Source: Cyanidioschyzon merolae
Taxonomy: Eukaryota
DNA: 64,000 bases
NCBI GenBank assembly: GCA_000091205.1
Contig: AP006491.2
Reading direction: 5' to 3' (one strand)
The translations under genes and the position numbers were made by a program. Positions 55,055 through 64,000 of the stretch are shown here, in pieces; position 1 is the first letter of the stretch; each line of letters starts with the position of its first letter. Under the pieces are notes generated by a model, which saw nothing but the letters and a program-made list of their open reading frames with translations, did not search any database and had not been told where the DNA came from.

Positions 55055-56128
55055 CTAGACGAAATATCTCCCGCCGACATGCAGACGCCTAAAGGTCTTT
55101 AACGACCTGCCCCATACGAATGGCTTCAGCTTCCCCTTGTACAATTCGGCCCTGAGAGGTTGTCCAACAAAGTTGACTCGTGTCAACTCCGGGGCTCTCT
55201 TTGCCATTACTGCACATCTCCTGATATTGCTGGCGGCGTTAAAGTCCCGGTTCACAAACTCCATAAGTTTCTTGTCATTGATTGTACTTACTGATTCAAG
55301 TAGCCTTCGCATTTTCGCCCTCCTTTCCATTTGGTCGTCTGTCAGCCGTCCGTACTTTGCTATATCCTCAGGGCTCCGCTGGCACTTTTCCATATCGACC
55401 CTCTGGGGTGTACAACCCAGTTCATGGTGCGTATACGATGTTCGGAACTCATCTACAGGTATTGTAACAAAACGCCGTGCGCACTCTATGTACGTTCTCG
55501 TAGTTCGAGCTGGTGTACACCCGTTTTGGGTCTTCCAGCGCCCTGCTCCGTATGCTACTACGAGCCTCTGACTTTCATCCTCTTTGAGGGCACTCAACGG
55601 ACTGAAAAAGTTCGCGAACGCCCGCTGCCTCCCACAGCATAGATTCATACGCAAACGAGCACACCGGGGCTTTGTATACTCTTTCCACAGCGCCTCCCAG
55701 TGAGCAGCACGAACTTCACTGAACTCCCGAAAAGCATCAAAGTCCGCTCCGCGGCTCGTCACCTCGCTCAAGGCTTCCAGGTGATCCTTCATTCCTGAAT
55801 TCCATGTCTCAGTTTTCTTTCTTGCATTCCTTGTACCGGATTCTCGATAGTACCTTGCTCTCGAGAACCTCAACAGACGCATGTCTTTCTGACGCAAGTT
55901 GCCGGCAGTACCATCTTCCGCACGTTTGGGTACTGCGATGGTTATGATATTTGTGTTTCCGGGGTTCACACCTACCGCAAAGTCGTCACCGTGCACTTTC
56001 TGCATCGCAGGATCCGCCACCTTCTCATCTTCATGCTTTGTCACGGGCGCAGCCGAGGGCGGAACTGGACGATCCGCCTTCAAGCGCCGATAGCGTACAC
56101 ACATGGCTACTCCATCGGTTTCGATCAT
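55055..56128 (-). CDS. TnpB/Fanzor-like RuvC nuclease-fold ORF (eukaryotic OMEGA/IS605-OrfB homolog); RuvC-I Asp replaced by Asn
   Basis: RuvC-I-like FAVGVNPGNTNIITIA (cf. GIDPG); bridge and RuvC-II region LVVAYGAGRWKTQNGCTPARTTRTYIECARRFVTIPVDEFRTSYT (cf. vaiGdw...V..VdEyrTSk); degraded Zn-finger (GCTPQ...KCQRS); RuvC-III MEFVNRDFNAASNIRR (cf. nRDvNAAiNI). Sits in a distinctly AT-richer ~2.8-kb island. Confidence 0.55.
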   Translation of the reverse strand: MIETDGVAMCVRYRRLKADRPVPPSAAPVTKHEDEKVADPAMQKVHGDDFAVGVNPGNTNIITIAVPKRAEDGTAGNLRQKDMRLLRFSRARYYRESGTRNARKKTETWNSGMKDHLEALSEVTSRGADFDAFREFSEVRAAHWEALWKEYTKPRCARLRMNLCCGRQRAFANFFSPLSALKEDESQRLVVAYGAGRWKTQNGCTPARTTRTYIECARRFVTIPVDEFRTSYTHHELGCTPQRVDMEKCQRSPEDIAKYGRLTDDQMERRAKMRRLLESVSTINDKKLMEFVNRDFNAASNIRRCAVMAKRAPELTRVNFVGQPLRAELYKGKLKPFVWGRSLKTFRRLHVGGRYFV

Positions 56129-56339
56129 CCCAGTGAGTACTTTTGTTTGCTCACTTTGAGACGTTTGAAATCGAAGATATGCTTCCAGTACGTCTCCCGG
56201 TTTTCACCGGAGAACTCCTACCTGTTAACATTGAACTCGGGACTGGTCTCCTTTATGATGCCTTGGAGGACTCTGGAGCTGATAGTCACAAAATGTGACT
56301 TGATGGTGCACAACGGAACGCCATTGAAGCGCTTACCCA

Positions 56340-57101
56340 TTAGGAGAGCCTTCCGTCCCTCCCACTCTTCATGTTTTCCTCTCTCAGCTTCATCTCCGCC
56401 TTGCGTTCGAGTTCTCGATTCAGGAATACGAAATAGAGCAGGATGATGTGATAACATCTTTTATCATCTTTTTTTTTCATATCTGATGCCTTTTCTGCTG
56501 GATTCGCCATTCCCAAGACTGGACAGTGCTCTTGTACAACCGCACGGATTACAGAAGCTTCATTCGTGCTCTCGTTTGGCGCCTTCTTGTCGACAAAATC
56601 GATCTCATCTTCATGCTTGCGATCGTTCGTGATGCCGTTGATAATCGCCCATATTCCTTTGCGAGAGATGCACGGGTAACGTGCAAACACGGCGCGTATC
56701 ATGAAACGTTCGAGGTTCATAGTCGAATGGTTCTTCAGGTTCGTGATGTACTTCATCGTTCCGTATATGTAAATATGACGGTCACCCCTGTATCGAGTAC
56801 CGTTGAAGCTGTAGAAGGGATGTTTTTCGTGGAGGGCGTGAACCCACTCATTTTCCTTTCGCGTTGCCTCTGTAGCAAGCATGAGGTGACGAATAAAGAT
56901 CATGTCGAAGAACTCGTCCGGAATCTCGACCGTTTCCATGTGCTTCACGTCGTGATACATCTCACTCCCCGAATGCATCAGTCCTGACGACGCCTTGACG
57001 ATGGTCTTGGAGTACGAGTCGACACGGTTCCTAATGGCCTCTCGCAACTTTTCCTTGTACGGATCCTGGATATGTTCAAGAAGAAAGCTTTTCGCCACCA
57101 T
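56340..57101 (-). CDS. Hypothetical ORF directly upstream (same strand) of the Fanzor-like ORF; possibly its N-terminal part separated by an intron or frameshift, or an accessory gene
   Basis: 253-aa ORF with the same AT-rich composition as the Fanzor-like ORF; KLREAIRNRV weakly recalls the TnpB WED-domain (R.vyN..l) motif. By-eye similarity to ORF 26934-27638. Confidence 0.25.
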   Translation of the reverse strand: MVAKSFLLEHIQDPYKEKLREAIRNRVDSYSKTIVKASSGLMHSGSEMYHDVKHMETVEIPDEFFDMIFIRHLMLATEATRKENEWVHALHEKHPFYSFNGTRYRGDRHIYIYGTMKYITNLKNHSTMNLERFMIRAVFARYPCISRKGIWAIINGITNDRKHEDEIDFVDKKAPNESTNEASVIRAVVQEHCPVLGMANPAEKASDMKKKDDKRCYHIILLYFVFLNRELERKAEMKLREENMKSGRDGRLS

Positions 57102-57662
57102 CTCGTCGTACAGCCGTCTTTCTTGTCGCCTTCGACATAGGGCCTCTCCCGTTTTGATTCTTTCTCTCTTCCGTTTCTTCTGGACTTGGAATTTTTTTTG
57201 TTTTTTCTGGTAGCCGGCGACACTGGGCCTCCAGGATTGTCGACTTGCTCCTACATAACTTTCCTTTTTTAGTTTTTTTAAAAAGAATACTCTTTAAACG
57301 CTTCTCTTATATACTGCGAAAAAACACTCGAGTATTTTTACTTGAGGGTTGAAACAGAAATGAACTGAAAACTATACTTTGCTACGACCTCAACGGAAAT
57401 CCGACTTTTACAGCTGAGCAACACGCTCCTGCTCAGGATCACGTTTCCCTTCAACAGCGGCTTACGTGTCGCGTCTCACGCCTGCCTGATCCCCCAGTTG
57501 CGCTCACCGGGCGCGATTCTCTTTTTCATAGACAAGACGTTTACTTGTGCCAGCATTCTCCGATTACGCGCATTTTTCTTTTCTTACCATTTTTTATGTG
57601 TTTTTTTCAGTGTGCGGTGACGTATCCATCAACCCCCTACTCCCAAGTTACATCATCTAAAC

Positions 57663-57722
57663 TTCTTCTCTGATATTCTGGTCGTTTCATACGTCCTAGC
57701 ATGTGCCGAGCCTACCGAAAGC
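57663..57722. repeat. ~35-45-bp repeat: direct with 54765-54810, inverted with 61130-61197
   Basis: acttcttctctgatattctggtcgtttcatacgtcctag has a reverse-complement match at 61160-61197 (acttcttctcGgatattctggtcgtttcatacgtccta, 1 mismatch in 37 bp). Confidence 0.7.
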
Positions 57723-57749
57723 GACAGCAATGGCGCCTATAGAACATGC

Positions 57750-60700
57750 GCTGCAATGCATTGCATGCGCCGCCAAGACCAAGCCCGGAGACTAACCAAC
57801 AAGTCACTTGCAGCCTTCCGAGAAATGATAACGAATTATCAGTACATTAACGAAGAAGAGACACCAATAGAGGACTGTACAATAGGAAAAGAGACCCAAC
57901 CAGATACGGAGAAGGAGGCACAAAGTCCTCATGATCCACTTAGATGCAAAATATCCAGAGAGAGCAGCTCAGGAAAGAGCCCGAAGAAGAAGAAGGCCAA
58001 CGAGAAAAAATAGATGAATAGAAAAAAGAACTCCCGAACGAGCCCATCACAACTTATTCCCCGGAAAGAGCACCCCAGCGGGAACTCAAGAAAACCGTCA
58101 CCAAACCCAGTCACCTGCTCACAGCGCTGAAGATCCGAAATGCCGTGCATGCAAATCTTTAGACCAATTGGCACGCGAGTTTGTAGATGGGAATCAGAAG
58201 ACTGCCAGAGAACTGGGACTGCTTGCACCAGATCGCAACAGTTTCAAACCTCAGTACCTCAAACGACGTACCAAAACTCGGATTGTTGAATGCTACCGAC
58301 TCAACAAGATCCTCAACCGCACCGACATACGCACCAACGCCGGAGACAAGGAAGCGAAGGCAGCGCTACCGGCGCTACAGGCACAACATGAGGACGCTAT
58401 CAAAAGAAAGAAGAAACTTTCCAGAGAAGACAAACGAGAGGATCGAAACCGCAAAATCGACTCCCTGACGGAATTTATGCTCGAGAGCACCAACGAAGAT
58501 GAGACCTGGCGCTCCATTCGATCGAGACTGGACCCACCAAAAAAGTGCCTGGGGCTCACACCAATCGTTTATAAGGAAGCGCTGAGGACGGAGCGTGCCT
58601 CAGTGAATGAGGCCTGGACGGACCACGGCACAGAGCTGCATGAAGACGCAACTGGGCACTGCCGAAACCGAATCTATTGGCACCAATATGCTGCACAACT
58701 ACCGCGCCTCGACCCGGTACCGGAATGGAACGACCCAATCTTCTGGCCTGAATCTGTTCGGGCCCTGCTATGCTCAAGCAACCGCAAAACACCTGGCATT
58801 GACGGTATCCCTGCGGAGTGGATGAAACTGGTGACCCCAAAAGACGAGACAACAGGGACACCATCGATACCAGATGAACCTGACACAATCTTAGGCAAAC
58901 GCCTTGTGGAGCTCATTCAACGTATGTTCGAAGAAGCGTACATCCCTGATATATGGAGGACTGTCGAGGTCGCACCGATCCTCAAAAAGGACTCCCACAC
59001 ACACAAAGACATGAACATCTACCGGACTATTCGCCTCATCCTGTCAATCATGAATCTACTTTGCGCCATGCTCACGAACCGGATCCAGAGGCGCCTCGAG
59101 GAACGCAAGTTCTTCGCCCCAGAACAGGCTGGATTCCGGAGCCGCGATGAGTGCATGAACCATGCCCTGACCCTCATTGAAGTGGCGCAACGTCGCTTTA
59201 TTCGTGACCGACAACCAACTTACGTATGCTTCACCGACTTCCGAAAGGTCTTTGACACGGTCCCGCATGATGCTCTCTTTTTGAAGATGGAACGAGCCGG
59301 AGTCTCCAGAAAGTGCTTAGCGTTCTTCCGTGCGCTCTATGCAGACTCGTGGATGCGCATCCGACTGGGCGACAGCTCAAGAACCCCTTGTATAAGAATA
59401 CGCCGTGGACTACAAAAGGGCGAGCGCGCATCCCCGCTCCTTTTCAACATCTTCATCAACGATCCGCTGAAAAACTGCAGACAATACGGGCTTGAGGTGC
59501 CGTGGATAGACTGGGGAGATGCCCGATGAGGAGCCCTCACATAGGAACCGCCTCGCAGGCCTTCTACTTGCGGACGATGTCGTGCTGTTGGCACCCGCCC
59601 CGGAAACGCTTGCGGCTAGCATGCAACAAGTCAGCACCTGGGTCGATCGCTGGGAGATGAACGTAGGAGCATCGAAGTGCGGCGTCATGGCCATCCATGG
59701 AGACTCGCAGCGCATTCGCAATCGCTCGTGGCGGTTGCAGAATCAGGAAATTCCGATCGTGGAAAACTATCGCTACCTGGGGGTCGGTCTAACGCCGACG
59801 CTCGACGAAAAGGCACACGTCGACGAGATGATCGCCAAGATGCATAGACGTACAGCGATCGCACGTCCATTCCCATCCGACCCCTCTATCTGCATAGCAA
59901 TTCGTACCAGGGCACGAAGGATGTGTATCATCCAGCCTGCGACCTGGGGTGCTGAGTGATGCGGCATGAACCACACAAATGCCTCGCGTCCGCAGACAGC
60001 CGCCAACAGGGCAATGCGACTCGTTGTCGTTGTTTGATGCTCAGTGCAGAGCAGAGCAACCACCGCGCTGGCACTCGGACTTGAACTCCAAATACCCTCG
60101 ATAGAAGCGATAGCAGCAGGCTGCCGGGCACGTATATGGGCCAAAAGGGTCCACCAAGCGCACCTGGTTCAGTCGGAGTTTCATGCAAACCCCAACGCAC
60201 CGCAAGATCACTTGGATGAAACCAACGCATATTTGGCTGAAGCGCCTCTTAGGCGAAAATGCGCTCGAATCGTTCCCCAGGAATGTAGAAGACTTCAGAC
60301 GCCTGAAGCGAACGGTCCAAACGCCAATATGGGAAAGTAGACACGGTACCAGTCGCGCGAGTAACGCCGGCTTGACTCTATACCGGAAATAGAACCTATT
60401 ATACACATGCAAGTACTGGTTGGAGGCGCTGGAATTCCCCGGACTTGCTCGAGGTACCCAGTGGCTCGCCAAAATCCGCGTTGGTGGCTTCTGGCTACCA
60501 GCACCGGCTCTAAGCCGTATAGGAATACTGGAATCGCACTGGGAGTCACACTGTCCCTGCTGTGGAGACGAGAGCCCCCGAGACGCTGACACATTTAGGC
60601 CTACAGTGCCCGCACTGGAAGCAGGAGCGCAGCGAGCTCCTTGGAGGACAGCAGCAGCTGGGCATCACCATGATAGTCGAAGGCCGGACACTCACTCTGA

Positions 60701-61100
60701 GTGTAGCACTGGCAACTGGTGGTCCGCTAACGGAGCCTCAGCGCTCATTAATGGCGAACAAACGCAAATGCTACCTTCTAGGCGGAAGGTCCAACGAATC
60801 GGATGCGCATACGGGTCCAGTGCTCTCTGCGTCTACCCACTGTGGTGGGTTTCAAGCACAAACCCGCATTGCCAACCGACAACAACGCGCTCCATGCATG
60901 ACCAGGAAGGAGAGAGGCAGCTCCCAGAATTCATCCTAACAACCAAGTTTCTCCAGCGTGTCGTGCAGCGAAGGCAAGCCTCCATCCGCAGACTGTCCGA
61001 GCACGAACTGACGACGAGACCCGATTCTACGTCGGGTGAAGCACGTCTCGAGCCGACGCCCTCTGAGGTATAGAAAAGCTGTTCTAGCTCTATGAACTAT
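57750..61100 (+). mobile_element. Non-LTR (LINE) retrotransposon remnant, 5'-truncated and frameshifted
   Basis: Contains RT ORFs 58168-59529 and 59519-59959 (next entry) and a C-terminal Cys/His motif in ORFs 60420-61073 and 60562-60939 (HCPCCGDES; ETLTHLGLQCPHWKQERSEL, cf. the non-LTR ORF2 tail E..EH.L..CP....R). No APE endonuclease is visible upstream. Confidence 0.75.
58168..59959 (+). pseudogene. LINE reverse transcriptase (RT domains 0-7) interrupted by a frameshift near 59520
   Basis: RT motifs: TPGIDGIPAEW (motif 0/1), ILKKDSHTHKDMNIYRTIRLILSIMNL, FFAPEQAGFRSRDECMNHALTL, VCFTDFRKVFDTVPHD (motif A), RGLQKGERASPLLFNIFINDPLK (motif B), LLADDVVLLA (motif C, FADD-type) in the next frame. 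Confidence 0.8.
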
Positions 61101-61129
61101 CTGCTCCAGCATTTAAGGCGCAAAGGCGG

Positions 61130-61197
61130 ATACGGAGGGGCAGGTACAAGGCACACACAATAGGACGTATGAAACGACCAGAATATCCGAGAAGAAG
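61130..61197. repeat. Inverted copy of the 57663-57722 repeat (right boundary of the LINE-containing segment)
   Basis: See the 57663-57722 entry. Confidence 0.7.
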
Positions 61198-61421
61198 TAT
61201 AGGTAATCTAACTTGGAGGGAGGGGGTTTTATGGATACTTCGCTGCGCACTGTAAAAAAAAGTGAGCAAAGAAAAGTGTGAAAAGAAACATACGCCCATT
61301 CGCCTCCACAAAGGCGCTGCGCGCACACAATACAGCGGCTGCAGCGGCTGCAGCATCATCCGCAGCGCTTAACGGCCTCTGTTCGTGTCCTCGGTGTGAC
61401 GATTCTTGAGGTACGGTATCC

Positions 61422-63164
61422 ATGTCGTCACTGCCAACTTCGTCACGGCTTATGAGTTTGAGGGAACGTACGGAAATACCGGTGGTCGGAGATGACGGGA
61501 GCCATATCGACCCGTCAAACTCGTGTTCACCAAGGCGGAGCCTGTCCAACAGCAGTCGTGGATACGAACGAGCATCCCGGGGTCTGACACGGGTCGCGTC
61601 CGCGTCGTCAGCGCTGTCGCTTGTGTCGAACCCGAACCTGTCGCTGTTGGACTCTGAGCTTCAGGTTGTAGAAGACTGTAAGGAGTTCCCGGTCGTGGTC
61701 GTTGTGGTCGGTGCATCAGGAGATCTGGCCCGCAAGAAGACGCTGCCGGCCTTGTTCTCGCTCTTCTACCACAACCTGCTGCCGCTCAGTTTCGCAGTCG
61801 TCGGATATGCCCGCTCAAAGCTCTCCGTAGAAGAGTTTCGAAGTTCAGTGAGCTCGAATCTAGTCTGTCGCGTCGGAGATCGCGAGTGCTGTGAGGCGAA
61901 GACGAGGGCCTTTCTCGAACGCTGCTTCTACTTCTCTGGGCAGTATGGCTCTCTGGAAGACTGGTTGAATTTTGATCGCTGGCTTTCCGAAGACATCGAG
62001 CCGCGTATGAACCAAAGCGACACAGCAACTCGGGGGGCACGACGCGCGCCCGGGCGTCTGTTTTACCTGGCGATCCCGCCGTCGGTATTCGCGGAAACGC
62101 TGCGCAGTATCAGTCGCGGCGCCATGGCACCCGAGGAGCTTGGCGCCTGGACCCGAGTCATTGTCGAGAAACCATTTGGGCGAGACTCAGAGTCCTACAT
62201 GGCGCTACGTGACCTAGTCGCAGAATGCTTTCCGGAGGAGGCACTTTACCGCATTGATCATTACGTGGGCAAGCCACTGGTTGCGAACCTGACGACACTT
62301 CGACTTGGGAACTTTGTTTTTGATGCACTCTGGAATCGCCACTGCATTGAATCCGTGCAAGTGGTGTTCAAGGAGGATTTCGGGGTCGAGGGTCGCGCCG
62401 GCTACTTCGACGCATACGGCATCATTCGAGATATCCTCCAAAACCATTTGCTGCAGGTCCTCAGCATTATTGCGATGGATCCGCCGGCGTCGCCGCACGC
62501 TGCCGATATCAACGAGGCAAAACTCCGGCTACTGTACGACATCAAACCGTTGCATGCGAAGGATTTTATCATCGGCCAGTACGATCGATATCGGTCGGAG
62601 CGAGGCGTGCCGAAAGACTCGTGCACCGCCACGTTCGCAGCGTGTGTTGTCCAGATCGATAACGAACGCTGGCGAGGTGTCCCTTTTGTTATGCTCGCTG
62701 GGAAAGCGCTCGACGAGCGGAAGGTTTACGTGAAGGTCGCGTTCCACGAGACACCGAATCATACGTTTATACCGGAGGAACTGCGTGACAAGCGCAACAC
62801 GTTTTACATTGAAATCCAGCCGCGTCCCGCGGTCGAGCTGAGCTTTATCACCAAAACTCCCGATCTGGAGGGACGCGTTGTCCAAACCAAGCTCGACTTG
62901 GTCTACAACGAGAGCTTCAGTGCGGAAGCCCAGGACATGCCGGACGCCTACGAGCGGCTCATTTCGGACGCCATTGTGGGCGACCGCACACTCTTCATCA
63001 GCGACGCCCAGATATCGCGCGCATGGGAGCTGTTCGACCCTGCCCTGAAAGAACTGGAGCGAGATCCACCAGTTCAGCCAGTTATCTATCCGTATGGTAG
63101 TAAGGGACCGATTCTGCCCGAGACGCTGATCAAGAAATACATGGCAGGCAGGATGCAAGACTGA
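61422..63164 (+). CDS. G6PD: Glucose-6-phosphate 1-dehydrogenase with ~70-aa Ser-rich N-terminal extension
   Basis: NADP-binding VVVVVGASGDLARKKTLPALFSL; YARSKLS; substrate motif RIDHYVGKPLVANL; C-terminal NELVIRVQPDEAVYLK-like IEIQPRPAVELSFITK, YERLISDAI. 580 aa, single exon. Confidence 0.9.
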   Translation: MSSLPTSSRLMSLRERTEIPVVGDDGSHIDPSNSCSPRRSLSNSSRGYERASRGLTRVASASSALSLVSNPNLSLLDSELQVVEDCKEFPVVVVVVGASGDLARKKTLPALFSLFYHNLLPLSFAVVGYARSKLSVEEFRSSVSSNLVCRVGDRECCEAKTRAFLERCFYFSGQYGSLEDWLNFDRWLSEDIEPRMNQSDTATRGARRAPGRLFYLAIPPSVFAETLRSISRGAMAPEELGAWTRVIVEKPFGRDSESYMALRDLVAECFPEEALYRIDHYVGKPLVANLTTLRLGNFVFDALWNRHCIESVQVVFKEDFGVEGRAGYFDAYGIIRDILQNHLLQVLSIIAMDPPASPHAADINEAKLRLLYDIKPLHAKDFIIGQYDRYRSERGVPKDSCTATFAACVVQIDNERWRGVPFVMLAGKALDERKVYVKVAFHETPNHTFIPEELRDKRNTFYIEIQPRPAVELSFITKTPDLEGRVVQTKLDLVYNESFSAEAQDMPDAYERLISDAIVGDRTLFISDAQISRAWELFDPALKELERDPPVQPVIYPYGSKGPILPETLIKKYMAGRMQD

Positions 63165-64000
63165 TCCGCGTCGGCGGTAACGCCAAACTGATAGCCGTCA
63201 CTCGGACAGCGTTCTTTTTCAGGGAGCGCAGCGCACACGCGTATACAGGATGATTCCAGTGGCGCGTGTGTGCTGCAGAGAGCACACGCGCGACTCGTGA
63301 TATCTAGATGCGTGTTTGCACCGCCATTGTGTTTGTATATGACCAGGAACAGTCAAGCGTTTTTTTGCAATAGATCATGCTACAAAAGAGAACCCATCAT
63401 CACTATGGTGAATTGTTTCTCGTCGTCCGCCCGTCGAAAGCGATCCAACGCTGCGGTGACGGTGAGCAGCACCGCGCCTCCAGCGCGATGTGCACACGTC
63501 CCGCGGATGCGGATGCGTTTGCGGCAGCGGCGGTGTTTATGGATTGCACTGCGCTTAGTTTTCAGAATCGGGTAGAGCAGCGCTATGCTGATAACCACCG
63601 AAGAGAAAGACTATGCACGCACGCCCGCCCGTAGACGGCAATGCGCAACAGCCGTTCCGGTCGTCGGTACCAGGCGATCGGTCGTTGTGCAGCACAATGG
63701 TACGCCGCCCTTGGCAACGCTTCCGCGGATATCCGGATGCTGGCGCCCGGGCACTTGTAGCGATGCCCTCCATCGCGTGTCTGTGTACAATGGCGCGCAA
63801 GGCTGCCCCGCAGCACCGGATCGCAGAGCACTTGGTGCGGGGAACGCGTCCGCGGCCGGCGGCCGGCGGCGATGGCGATGCGCGTTCTCCTCGGAGCCGT
63901 TTTCTGTGCCTTTCTGCTCTGTATCCGAATTTCGACGGTTGACAATTTTTACGCTGTTGATGCTGTAAACCATGCGCACGAGTGCCCGGGAGCAATGGGT

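Noticed and set aside
1-64000. tRNA, rRNA or snRNA genes
   Set aside because: I scanned for conserved T-loop (GGTTCGAATCC/GGTTCGATTCC) and 5S-like strings and found none. A by-eye scan cannot exclude small RNA genes; tRNAscan/Infernal would be decisive.

Overview
GC-rich (~60%), intron-poor, gene-dense eukaryotic nuclear DNA. A stramenopile (oomycete- or labyrinthulomycete-like) origin is a guess from gene content (DAP-pathway lysA, type-II FAS fabZ), single-exon housekeeping genes and GC3-rich codons. About 25 ordinary protein genes are recognisable by motif, listed in the features. The ORF track counts TTG/GTG/CTG as starts, so several N-termini were trimmed to the first ATG that agrees with family conservation. 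Interspersed AT-rich islands carry transposon relics. There is a family of TnpB/Fanzor-like (RuvC-I/II/III) ORFs. One is near-complete at 55055-56128. There are three C-terminal remnants: 28136-28348 on the + strand, and 36580-36822 and ~50040-50260 on the - strand (inferred by reverse-complement translation). There is also a frameshifted non-LTR (LINE) RT at 58168-61073 and a decayed DDE (Tc1/IS630-like) transposase at 36900-37640. A ~6.4-kb AT-rich composite island (54765-61197) is delimited and subdivided by three copies of a ~35-45-bp repeat. Several mini- and microsatellites create long spurious ORFs. No rRNA, tRNA or CRISPR could be supported by eye. The most interesting signal is the Fanzor/TnpB-like family with conserved 3' segments, a stop-codon hairpin and a co-occurring unknown ORF family.
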